This document shows, one piece after another, positions 52,761 through 64,000 of a stretch of DNA of 64,000 nucleotides (its first letter is position 1; the number at the start of each line of letters is the position of its first letter). The DNA comes from Mobula hypostoma (taxonomy: Eukaryota): NCBI RefSeq assembly GCF_963921235.1, contig NC_086097.1:158350001-158414000 (forward strand), given 5' to 3'. Under the pieces are notes generated by a model. It was not told where the DNA came from and did no database searches. It worked only from the letters and a program-made list of their open reading frames with translations. Both the position numbers and the translations under genes were made by a program.

Positions 52761-52899
52761 TTGATTTTGTCAACTTTAAATGTAGAGAAAGTTGATCAAG
52801 CTTGTGTATCGGGGTTTTTACTCATGTGAAAGACTTGCTTTCAGCTACATTTCTGTGATCCCTTTTAATGAAAGATAGCCCTCCATCCGATGGTATATT

Positions 52900-53250
52900 C
52901 TTCATATGCCTCAATATGTTTTGCAAATACTTTGAAGTTTAATCCATGTAAATTTAATCTAAACACTCTAATTTGTTTGGAGTAGCATTCCACAGTAATA
53001 TTATGCTTGTGAACAAAAATCGTAAGTGATCGCTGAGTGATAAATTAATCGCCAGGTCATTTGGGCAGAATCCGCTGTTCTTTAAGACAGTGCCACTGCA
53101 ATTTTTTTTTGTTCATCTGAGGCCATAGGGAGCCTCTTGTCTGGAAGGTGACCTCCGCGACTGTGTGGGTTTTCAGCCTAGGTTATGTGCTTATTTTTGT
53201 AGTGTGCAGCTTAAATACATAATCTGACTCTGAAATGCTTTCTAGTGATC
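52900..53250 (-). mobile_element. DeuSINE/SacSINE-like ancient SINE
   Basis: CAGTGCCACTGCAATTTT..CATCTGAG..GCCTC..CACC-like block and TCAGCCTAGGTTATGTGCT..CTGACTCTGA resemble the reverse complement of the Deu-domain SINE as recalled. Confidence 0.6.
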
Positions 53251-54049
53251 CAGACACCCTAATGTTCCATAACACAGCCACTGACTGGATGGCCAGATCC
53301 TTCCACCTTAACTGTTGTTAAGTTTTCACTGTCATTAGCCAAAATCCATCTCCGTCAGGTAACTGCAAGGTCCAGAATGTCAAATTCAAATCTGATGGAG
53401 TCTGCTGATCAGAAGCATTTATTAAACATCAGTCTTTCTCCCTATGCTTCTGGTCACGACCAGTTTAAGCACTATTTGTACTTGCTAAGTAATTTGAAGC
53501 TGTCATCTCAACATGGAGCTGTCAAAAGGATGACATGCCCTTGCTCTATTATGCTCATTGTATATAATCCAGGAAGGTTACAGAGTCTTGACAGGAAGAA
53601 AATACTCCTGTCCTTGAAAGGCAATTCGCATCTCAATGACAAAATCCTATCTCCTGTTCCTGTGTCTGTTAAAATTAGTTGATTCAGCACGGACTGTGGA
53701 ACTAAACTGGCACCTTTTGTGATCTGTGTAGTTCAGTTTCATATCAAGCTTTGAACCTGCCAACTGTAACATGACAGAGCCGTAAACACAATGCTTGATT
53801 CCACCAGGTGAACAAAACCCCTGCTGACATGGTCACTGTCAGATAAATTTTAATATTCAAGTACTGACATTAGTTACAGAATGCTTCATAATAACTAATT
53901 ACATGAAATTATAGTACTTTCTTCTAATGAATACTTCATTTACTGACATATATTCATTTGAGACTTCAGTGGAATATAGTTGACTGTTTCTAGTTTCCTG
54001 CTAACAGGAGTTCAGTTGCTTCGTAATGCCAAGCTAAACTGTTCCTCAA

Positions 54050-54182
54050 ACAGGAGAAAATATGCAGATACTGGAAATCTAAGCAACACACCCAAAATGC
54101 TGGAGGAGCTCAGCAGGCCAGGTAGCGTTCATGGAAAAGAGTAAGCAGTCGAAGTTTCGGGTCAAGACCCTTCATCAGGACA
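54050..54182 (-). mobile_element. Penelope 3'-end fragment with hammerhead core
   Basis: Minus strand GTC CTGATGA AGGGTCTTGACCC GAAA CTTC GAC at 54181-54148. Confidence 0.8.
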
Positions 54183-55829
54183 TTTGTTCCTCCTTCATTT
54201 GTTGACTTAACCCAACTTGCATAAGAATATTGAGGAAAATGATCTTTTATCATTTTGTATTTTGAATGCTTGTCCAGTTGGACATTTATCAATGCTGATA
54301 TATTTATTCAGTAGAATAGGTTTTGAATTAACCTTAATTTTAAAGCCAAATTTTGAATAGTTGGATAAAAAGAGGCTACTTGTAGGAGGAAATGGGGCAC
54401 TTCCAGTAGAGTAGCCTGATCGTTCCCTTCTGAACCATACATGTAATGGACTTTTAATGAAATTTGTCCCATTTGCTTCACACCTGCTGGATATAATATG
54501 GCCTCAAAGTTAAATTCAACCCTTTAACAGATTATGATGAATGGTCAACATACTTTCTCTTTTCTTCCTCAGACAGTGAATGCTAGTTGCGCCTTGAGGG
54601 AGAATTCCACACTGTCTTGTAATACAATTCTAAGCAATAAAAACAGGATGGTGAAAATATACACCAAGTCAGGCAGCATCTGTGAAGAAAGAAACAGTGA
54701 ATGTTTCAGGAAGATGATCATGCTGCAGGATAGTGCATTTCTGGAAGCGACGTGTTGATTTATTGAGCTAATAATGCAGAAGAAACATATTTTGGGTGCT
54801 GGAAACTAAACCAAATCATTAACTTTGTTTCTCTATCCATAGCTACTGCCAGGCAGGCTGATTTTCTAAACGGCTTTTTTTTTGCCTTTATTTCAGATTT
54901 ATAGCACACAAAACATTTCTCTTTTAGAAAATAAAATGAAGTACCATACTGCAGCCAGAAATTGTCAATGGCTCTATTGACGGTCATTCATCCTCTTGGT
55001 GCTGTCTTTTAATAATTTTGTACTGAAACTACTTTCCTGTGTCAAAGTGTTGATTTTCTTTAATTACACATTTAAATCAGCTTTGTGGATAAACATTGAA
55101 TGGTTTAGGGTGGGAAGGCTTACAATGAACTGGAATTGTACTTATGAAGCAAGTTAGTTTCAGCATCACCAAATCCAAATGTGCTGAAATTCAGGCAGCA
55201 TCTCTGCATTAACAAATGGTTAGCATGTCTGATCAGTGAGAACCAAAGAATCAATGACTGCCACTACTGGTTGGCACCAAGGAAGGATAATCCTGCCCTC
55301 AAATATAGTGACTCCAATGTTATATCATCTTTCATTTTTTTTATCATCTGTGTAGATTGCTATTTGGAATAGGCACAGGAGGGTTGCCAGCATCTCTGAG
55401 AGGGTAATTTTGGATGAAATGAAAGAACCAGCAGGATTAAAAAACACACCTCCCTCTAACTATTAGGAACAATTAATGCTCTCCATTCTTGAAAACAATT
55501 GCCTCCTAGGTATCTTTCTACTCCACTGGATGTTAACTTTACTGGCTGCAGACCTAATATAAAACTGATGGTTACTCTACTGTATGTGCTGAGTGAAATA
55601 TGTTTTATTGAACATAGAGCTCCAGGTTCCTTTGGCCTTTGCTATTAAAGACTAAATTACTGAGATTAGGGAAATATCTTGTGTTGCAAGGTGCTAAGTT
55701 ATTTAATCTGTGGTTTCTGCACATGTTTCACAGGATGCAAGAATTCTGTTCAAATATGACCATGAAATTTACCTCAGTAGAAAGAAACACATTCTCTTGC
55801 CCATTCACTTTGATGGCTGATAACATTAG

Positions 55830-56240
55830 GAGGACTTTTATGACTTGTGGACACGCCAAGATCATAGTTTTAAACTTAGGCCAGTGTCCTCCACATTCAG
55901 AAACTAATTATTCTGTTGTTTGCAGACCTGACTCCTATAATTGATGCTATTCTGAGCTCCCCTAAAAGGAGAGATTATCAAATTGATGAAGAAAAGGATT
56001 AAAAGAAGTCATGGATTTAGCGGGTGCTCAAAGTTTCCTTGAAGAAATTCATTGTCCCCTCCGACTCCTGGAAAACTCTTGTCCCTGACTTCCCATAGTG
56101 GAAAAGGTAAATTTGGATGATGTTGACAAACTTTAGCCACATATGAAGAGCGCATGGATGTGCTATCTAAGAAATGGAAGGAGCACACTATCTGGTAAAC
56201 CACTAATTGCTGGGTCCTTTAGCAATGGGTTCTTCAGCAC
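55830..56240 (+). mobile_element. Ancient RTE-like LINE 3' fragment
   Basis: VLKVSLKKFIVPSDSWKTLV..WKR resembles the RTE ORF C-terminus (DTLKxxLKKxxIxxxSWExLAxDRxxWR). Confidence 0.5.
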
Positions 56241-56707
56241 CTATAAAGGTAAATGGAAGGTCAGTGTTTCCAGTTGAGACCCTGCATTCAGAACCTGCTG
56301 TGAAGTTGTTGTGAATATCTTTGACCATTCTTCTGTCTCCATAGATGCTTCTTGATTTGTTAACTTCCTCTATCATAGTTTGCTTTTTGCTCCAAATTAC
56401 AGCACCTGCAGCCTCTTGTGTCTCTACCTTGTAGACTACCCACCTTTGCACAAGGCACTTCCTTTCATATATGTGGAATAACAGTTCTCCAGCACTTAAA
56501 CAGATTTTTTGGGGGTTAGTACCATTTCTGAACATGTCAGAAACTAAAGCAAATTTGTGAAATTTGAAGATTGCATATACTGGGAGTGTGCAGTGCATGT
56601 TAACAGATTTGAAACAGAATGAGGAATCCTACAACATTTTCAACGAGAACAGCACTCTGGCATCTAAGTTGCTGCTGAATCAAATAGGCAAGGTTGTCGT
56701 CAGTTAA

Positions 56708-56769
56708 AGTTTAACTGTGCACAGCTTAGTAAGACTGTAGTTTAACTGTGCACATCATAGTAAGACTAT
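56708..56769. repeat. 31-bp tandem duplication
   Basis: AGTTTAACTGTGCACAGCTTAGTAAGACTGT / AGTTTAACTGTGCACATCATAGTAAGACTAT. Confidence 0.9.
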
Positions 56770-58146
56770 AACTTAAGGACTGTGACTAATTCCGTCACTG
56801 AGCCATAAATTAAATATAAATGAATGCATGCATCCTTCATCCTCTTAAGGAATTTGTCCCTCAGATCACTATTCATTCAAGTATTTCTGCAACTAAATTT
56901 AAAATTAGGTTGTCTTGTAGTACAGGTCATGTCACCTTATTCCAGTATTCTGAACACGATGAAATACGTTATGATCCACACTACATAATCTCTCAAGTAA
57001 TGGGAAGACTTCTAATCTCCTTATACATGCAATGTAATCTAATCCCTGCATACCTTGACTCATTTTGGTTGTCCCCTTCTGCGACCTCTCATTTTTCCTT
57101 CTGCACCCCGCACTAATGTTTACGAAGATCAGGATGTTGTCTACTTAATACAATGGTTTACCTGTATACAGAGCACACTGCTAAGACTATTCAAATTTAT
57201 TGTTAAATAAGTTATATTTTTATTTGTACTATGTCTTTTCTATTTAAAAACTGTCCATTATTTATTGTCCCATATAAGATAATTTGCAATTTACTATCTA
57301 ATGTTCTTTTACTGTGCCCAAATATCAAATGTTTAAGTGCCCCTGATCTTGTCCTGCCATTTGCCATTCACTTGGCAAAAAAGTCCCCAACTCTGTCCTT
57401 AGGTTCACCGGGTGGAAATTTGCAATGAGAGTTATTTTATTCACTGTGGGAAGGTACTGATCAGCAGTTGGTCCTTTGGTGATGTCTATGGAATTGTGTG
57501 CATGCAAATTGAGAATCATTCATAAAACAACTTTGAAATCTGTTTAAACCATTCCCATTGGCTCAGTTGTCTTTCAAAGCCAATGAATAACATTTGTGTC
57601 TCTGGCATTTGGAAACATTCAGAGACACTAAAATATATTGTAAATGATTTAAACTATATCTGTTTATATTAGTGAATTGTTATAATAAATGCTAAAGCAC
57701 TTAAAAGTATTCAAAATTATTTAAAGTAAAACTAGTATAGAAAATTCTGATGCTTATAGATACTTGAATATCTCACTTGCCATCCTTCCTTTGAAATCAA
57801 TGAGGAAGCTTGTCAGTGAGGACAGATTTAGTGTAATTTGTTTGTGTGGATTTCCCACCATTAGTCATAGAAAATGGCCATAATGTTGCACTGCTTTTGT
57901 GCCCCAGTGATAAAACACAGTCAGAAGGAACTACAGTGAGCAACTTTGGGACTTCCACACTTGGTGGAAATCACCAAGCTGCAAATAGATGGAGGAAATT
58001 CAAGCCACCTTCCTGCAAAACTGCACCCTGAGGCAACTGTAGAACCATACTCCGAGTTAGAAGGAACTCAACATTTTATAGTTTTCCAGGTCAGTTTAAG
58101 AATTAGGGTAGCATCTGCTTATTCTTTTCAATATTCATGTTATATT

Positions 58147-58817
58147 GAGGAGAAGATGGCGGTGCGACGCAGCGCATGCGACCTCTCCGGTGATGAATAT
58201 CTGTTATCTGTCAAGTAGGAGGTCGTGCACAATTCCGATTTGATGGAGGCAGATGTGAGAGCATGGAGGAACATCTGGTGAAACTTCTGAAATGCCTGCT
58301 TCACTGCCGCTGCTACTGTGCAATCGAGAATCTCTGGATGGGAAGGCCCCGAATCCTCGGCTTTGCCTGTTGCTTGGCGGCTGCGGCCGGGGTTGAAGCG
58401 CTCTGCAGAGATGGTGCTCGGTGTTGGAGGGCTCGTCGGAGGCTCGAAGTTTTCGGATGGACTCAGAGTCGGACTGTGGTTGGGTGCTTCCAGTATGCTG
58501 CATCGGCAAGTTTGCGGCGCTGGAAGCTCATGGCAGGGAAAATTTCTTCCTTCTTCCGTCTGCGTGAGACGATGGGCTATCGGGACTTTGAGACTGTTTT
58601 TTACCGTGCCCATGGTCTGCTTTTATCAAATTACAGTATTGCTGTGCACTGTTGTAACTATATTTTATAATTATGTGTTTTTTGTCAGTTTTAGTCTTGA
58701 TCTGTCTCGTGTTTCTGTGATATCATACCGGAGGAACATTGTATCATTTTTTAATGCATGCATTTCTAAATGACAATGAATGAGGACTGAGTGTCCTCAT
58801 AATCTAATCTAATCTAA
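58147..58817 (+). mobile_element. CpG-rich non-autonomous retroposon
   Basis: Sharp compositional boundary; starts GAGGAGAAGATGGCGG; ends AAATGACAATGAAT..(AATCT)n. Confidence 0.7.
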
Positions 58818-61800
58818 TATGTAGGTTATTTGTGCTGGATTTTATTCACTCCTCTCACTGACCCCATCCACCCATCCATTGGTACCCCAGAGGTTTAGCA
58901 CATTTGATTACCAATTTGCATCTTCTGCACATCAAGCTTCTGCCTACAACTGCAACTTGCCTCTGCCTCATATTTCTAGATTACCAGCTAGGTTTTCTGT
59001 TTAGTTAAAAGTAAAAAGCAGGTATTTTTGATAATGATGATGGCAAATTACCTTTTTATGTGGATATCAGTGTTAAAGCCAGGATTTATTGAACATGCTC
59101 ACTTAGTCTGTTAGTGGTAGAGGACTAAAGTTTGGAAGGTCAAGATATGTGAGCGAGTAACCTTCATGCATTCTGGAAATGCAACATACTGCATATATTA
59201 CTTTCGGCTTAAGGTGTCCCTAGTGGTCAAGAATGGAACATTCCTTCCAGTTCCCTGGGTGCTGACCTGTCCACTGAGGCCAAAGTAGGAAAATGCAGGC
59301 TAACACTGATGGGACAGGACATGTCTGACAGTCATAGAGCTCTTTGGAATTCTTCGCAGGTCATGTATTTTAGTTTTCCCAACTCCTAAATAAGCACAAA
59401 CATAGTTTCACAGTTTTGCTCTTCTCATTTACAGAATTAGTATTTTTAGTTCAATCTTTTTGGATGTCATTGGAATTCGACATGTACTTTGACTTGTATT
59501 TACACTGGAACTGCTCTAGCTTTTGCTCTTGCTTTAATTGCTGTGAAATCTTGTTTACATTCCTCACAACCAACCCTGAGAGGAAGAAAGGCTTTTTATG
59601 GATCAGAGAAAAATCATCCCAATCATTTTTTTTACACAATAGAGTACTTTTGAATTGTACTCCGTGATGAAAATAGATAACAATGTTTCTGTGATAAAGA
59701 CAAGATAATCTATTGAATGGATTTTGGTGGCGGCGTTGGCATTACATATTAGCCAGAAGTCATCAAGAGCAATTGCTTATTTGGCTGAGGCAGCATTAGG
59801 TTTAAAAAGAGCTCAGTGCCTTTCAGGACTCTTCAGCGGACTATGATCATTGCAAGTGCTTGTTTGTTCGGCTGATGCAGTACAAGGTTTAAAAAGGTCT
59901 CGGACCTTTCAGGACGATTCAGTGGACAGTAATCATAATGATTTATTTGGCACAAAGCAAAGGTCAATAAAAAGAAGGAAGCTGTAAGTGGAGTGGCCAT
60001 TTTTGGAGTGAACAGTGTTACAGTGGTCAGGCTTTGACTCAACAGGCTTGGGCAAGAACAGGCAGAGGCTCTAAATAAGTTTCTACAATTTTTTTTCTCT
60101 TTCTTCATCTATTAGTACATAGCTAATGCAGTGAGAATGGGTCCAGGGTTAGTGATAAGTCCTTTGTGTGAGATGTCCTCCAGTCTCCCTGATAACTACA
60201 TTTGGATGAAGAACGTTGAGCTGCAGCTCCTTAGAGACGGTGTTAAGGAACTGGAGCTGTAGCTGGATAACCTTCAGCCCATACCAGGTGATCGACAGGT
60301 GCTACAGGGAGGTAGTCAGGAGGCAGGAACCTGGCAACTGTCAGGAGAGGGAAAGAGAATAGGCAGCCTGTGCAGAGTACTCCTGTATGCTGTTCCCCTC
60401 AATAAGTATACTGCTTTGGGCAATGTTGGAGGATGCACGATATACTGGGGGAAATGTGCAGGAACTGGGCCTAAGACAGTAAGTCCGGCTCTGTCGCTCA
60501 GAAGGGAAGGGGGAGAAGAGGAGAAGAGGAGTGCAGTGGTGATAGGGGATTCCATAGGTAGAGGAGCAGACAGGAGATTCTGTGGTTTGAAAGAGATACT
60601 TAGATGGTATGCTGCCTGCCAGATGTCAGCGTCAGGGGATGTCTTGGATTGGATCCACGGTATTCTTAAGAGTGAGAGTGAGCAGCTGGAACTGGTGGTA
60701 CATATTGGTAGCAGTGACATAAGTAGGAAAAAGGAGGAGGTCCTGAGGAGAGCATAGATGGTGTTAGGTAGATAGATAAAAGCATGACTTCCAAGGCAGT
60801 AATTTCTGGATTGCTGCCTGAGCCATGTGCCAGTGAGGGTAAGTATAGGATGATTTGTAGGTAAATATGTGGCTGAGGAATTGGTGGAAGGAACAAGATT
60901 TCATATTTCTGGATCATTAATTTCCCTTCTGGGGAACGTATGAACTGTACATAAAGGCTGGTTATACCTGAACCCAAGGAGGTTTGCTAAAACAGTTGGG
61001 GAGGGTTTAAACTAATTTGGCAGGAGAATGGAAACCAGAATGATAGGGCTGAGGGTGGGGCAATTAATATACAACTAGATGCAGTGTGTACTGAGTTTGG
61101 GTGTTGAAGGACAGGCAGATGATGGACTAAAACTGTAGTGAGTCGGATGAGTTAAAGTGTAGCAGGGGGGTTAACATCAAAAAGGGTGATGAATACAGGC
61201 CTGAAGGTGTTATATGTGAATGAACACAGTATATAGAATAAGGTGGATGATCTTGTAGCACATTTAGAGATCAGCAGGTATGATGTTGTGGATATCACTG
61301 AGTTATGGCTGAAAAAAGATTACAGTTGGGAGCTTAACATGCAAGGATACCTGTATCCTTGAATTCAACAAGGTTTGTTGAAAGGACAGACAGGTAGGTA
61401 GAAGGTGAGGGATGGCTCTGTTAATAAAAAATGAAACCAAATCCTTAGAAAGGGGTGACGTAGGGTCAAAAATGTAGAATGCTTGAGGGTAGAGTTAAGA
61501 TACTGCCAGAGTAAAAAGGCATTGGTGGATTTATACACAGTCCTCCAAACAGTAGCCAGGATGTGGGATTAAAATTACAATGGGAGCTAGAAAAGGCCTA
61601 TGAAAAAGTCAAGGGGGATTTCAGTACACATGTCAGGTTGTGCTGGATAGCAGAAAAGAAATTGCTTTTTAGAGCAGCATGTAGTTGAGCCCACTAGAGG
61701 AAAGGCAATTCTGGATTGGGTGTTAATGTAATGAAGTGGATTTGATTAGGGACCTTAAGGCAAATCAACCCTTAGGAGGCAGTGATCATAATATGATAGA

Positions 61801-61849
61801 ATTCATACTGCAGTTTGAGACGGAGAAAATAAAGTCAGATGCATCAGTA

Positions 61850-61989
61850 TGAGGGGTGATTGATAAGTTTGTGGCCTAAGGTAGAAGGAGATAAGTTATA
61901 CAGCTCTCTTTATGTGCACGTGCATTTCAACTCTTTGAGTGCAAATGCGGAAAGTTTGAAGTTAATAACTCATCTCCTTCTACCTTAGG
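61850..61989. mobile_element. Tc1/mariner-type MITE, right end truncated
   Basis: TA then TGAGGGGTGATTGATAAG; internal inverted repeat CCTAAGGTAGAAGGAGATAAGTTA / TAACTCATCTCCTTCTACCTTAGG. Confidence 0.8.
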
Positions 61990-62775
61990 AAGTATAATAT
62001 AGCAACAATTAGTTGGAAGTCAGTGGATTGGGAAGCTTTTGTAAACCAACAAAAAGCAACTCAAAAGCCACTTAGAGATAAAAGATGAAATATGAAGGTA
62101 AGCGATCCCATAATGTAAAAGAGGATACCAAAAGTTTTCTTTTCAGATATATAAAGAGTGAAAGAGAGGCAAGAAGATTAAGGATATTGGATCACAGGAA
62201 AATGACGCTGGAGAGGTAGTAATGGGGGATAAAGAAATGGCGGATGAACTCTTAAGTATTATGCGTTGGTCTTCACTGTGGAAGAGGCTGGCAATATGCC
62301 AGAAATTTGAGAGTGTCAGGGGGAAGAAGTGAATGTAGTTACTTTAATTAAAGAGAAGCTGCTTGGGAAGCTGAAAGGTCTAAAGGTAGATAAGTCACTT
62401 GGACCAGATGACTACACCGAGGGTTCTAGAAGAGGTAGTTGAAGAAGTTGTGGAGGCATTGGTAATGATCTTTCAAGAACCACTAGATTTTGGAATGATT
62501 CCGCAGGACAAGAAAAGTGCAAATAACATGCCACTCTTTATGAAAGAAGGGAGGCAGAAGAAAAGAAATTATAGGCCGGTTAGCCTGACTTCAGTGGTTG
62601 GTTGAAAAAATGCTGGAGTCCCTTGTTAAGGAGGCGGTTTCAGGGTACTTGGAGGCACGTGATAAAATGGGTGAAAGTCAGTATTATTTACTTAAGGGGA
62701 AATACTGCCTGACAAATTTGTTGGAATTATTTGAGGGAATAACAGGCAAGAATGCCAAAGGAAAGTCAGTTGATG

Positions 62776-63517
62776 ATGGCAGTCGGCTGGGGTGATATAC
62801 TGCGTCCGGTGCTCTCGATGTGGCCTTCTATATATTGGTGAGACCTGACGCAGACTGGGAGACCGCTTTGCTGAACACCTACGCTCTGTCCGCCAGAGAA
62901 AGCAGGATCTCCCAGTGGCCACACATTTTAATTCCACATCCCATTCCCATTCTGACATGTCTATCCATGGCCTCCTCTACTGTAAAGATGAAGCCACACT
63001 CAGGTTGGAGCAACAACACCTTATATTCCATCTGGGTAGCCTCCAACCTGATGGCATGAACATCAACTTCTCTAATTTCCGCTAATGCCCCACCTCCCCT
63101 TCATACCCCATCCGTTATTTATTTTTATACACATGTTCTTTCTCTCACTCTCTGTTTTCTCCCTCTGTCCCTCTGACTATACCCCTTGCCCATCCTCTGG
63201 GTTTCCCCCCACCCCTTGTCTTTCTCCCTGGGCCTCCTGTCCCATGATCCTCTCATATCCCCTTTGCCAATCACCTGTCCAGCTCTTGGCTCCATCCCTC
63301 CCCCTCCTGTCTTCTCCTATCATTTTGGATCTCCCCCTCCCCCTCCCCCTCCCACTTTCAAATCTCTTACTAACTCTTCCTTCAGTTAGTCCTGATGAAG
63401 GGTCTCGGCCTGAAACGTCGACTGTACCTCTTCCTGGAGATGCTGCCTGGCCTGCTGCATTCACCAGCAACTTTGATGTGTGTTGCTTGAATTTCCAGCA
63501 TCTGCAGAATTCCTGTT
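62776..63517 (+). mobile_element. Penelope-like element, 5'-truncated (GIY-YIG domain + 3' UTR), inserted in CR1
   Basis: SAGVIYCVRCSRCGLLYIGET*RRLGDRFAEHLRSV..VATHFN..LEQQHLIFHLGSLQPDGMN..* (stop 63083-63085); TSD GTCAGT(T/G)GATG at 62765-62775 and 63518-63528. Confidence 0.95.
63388..63423 (+). ncRNA. Minimal type I hammerhead ribozyme motif
   Basis: AGTC-CTGATGA-AGG-GTCTCGG-CCT-GAAA-CGTC-GACT: helix I AGTC/GACT, helix II AGG/CCT, minimal helix III, GUC cleavage triplet. Confidence 0.8.
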
Positions 63518-63821
63518 GTCAGTGGATGCTGTTTACTTGGATTTTCAGAATGCCTTTGAGGATGCTTAACAAGCTAAGAGTCCATGGTATTACAGAAAAG
63601 ATACTATCATGGATAAAAGATGGGCTGACTTGCAGGAGGCAAAGTTTGGGAATAAACTTTTCTGATTGGCTGCCAGTGACTAGTGGTGTTCTGCTGGGGT
63701 TGGCATTGGGACCGTATTTTTTCACATTATATGTGAGTGATTTGGATAATGGAATTGTTGGTTTTATGGCCAAGTTTGCAGGTACAAAGCTATGTGGAGG
63801 GACAGTAGTGTTGAGGTGTCT

Positions 63822-63829
63822 CCCCCCCC

Positions 63830-63896
<67 letters not shown>

Positions 63897-63900
63897 TCAC
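63822..63900. repeat. Compound C-run/(TC)n/(AC)n microsatellite
   Basis: Directly visible. Confidence 0.97.
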
Positions 63901-64000
63901 TCTTCTGGCCTTACAAAGGTTTTTGTGTGTGTATTTATTTATTTATCTGTTTACCTTTAGTTATTTAGTTAGAGATACAGCACAGTTCAGGCCCTTCAGG

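Larger units (their letters stand above)
59975..63815 (+). mobile_element. Long decayed CR1 LINE (5' UTR, esterase ORF1, APE-RT ORF2)
   Basis: AVVIGDSIGRGADRRFCG and VVHIGSSDI (ORF1); LKVLYVN (~61200); NYRPVSLTSVVG; GKYCLTNLLE; SDWLPVTSGV; AKFA. Confidence 0.92.

Noticed and set aside
55160..55300. Possible LF-SINE-like relic
   Set aside because: Similarity too weak to support without an HMM search.
58140..58773. Four overlapping ORFs of 101-157 aa
   Set aside because: GC-rich repeat; no recognisable domain.
63085..63960. 291-aa ORF as a gene
   Set aside because: Chance read-through of Penelope 3' UTR, CR1 RT and a microsatellite.

Overview
Repeat-dense vertebrate genomic DNA, intronic or intergenic. 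I could not support any intact host protein-coding exon, and nearly every ORF in the track is a transposon fragment or antisense noise. The repeat set (HE1/V-SINE-like SINEs, DeuSINE-like relics, esterase-ORF1 CR1 LINEs, Rex1/Babar LINEs, L2, GIY-YIG Penelope-like elements, Tigger, Gypsy) suggests a cartilaginous fish (inference). The main finding is a decayed Gypsy LTR retrotransposon (~8119-12119) whose RT/RNaseH/integrase core is replaced by an intronless, decayed fragment of the host splicing-factor gene RBM25 (~10990-11567). This looks like LTR-mediated capture of a spliced host mRNA. A Tigger later inserted at the start of its 5' LTR. Also notable: Penelope 3' ends carrying minimal hammerhead ribozyme cores (best at 63388-63423), short fold-back derivatives of them (one with a 13-bp TSD), a clean solo LTR, and several nested insertions. 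Family assignments come from motifs recognised by eye, not database searches, and boundaries of old repeats are approximate.
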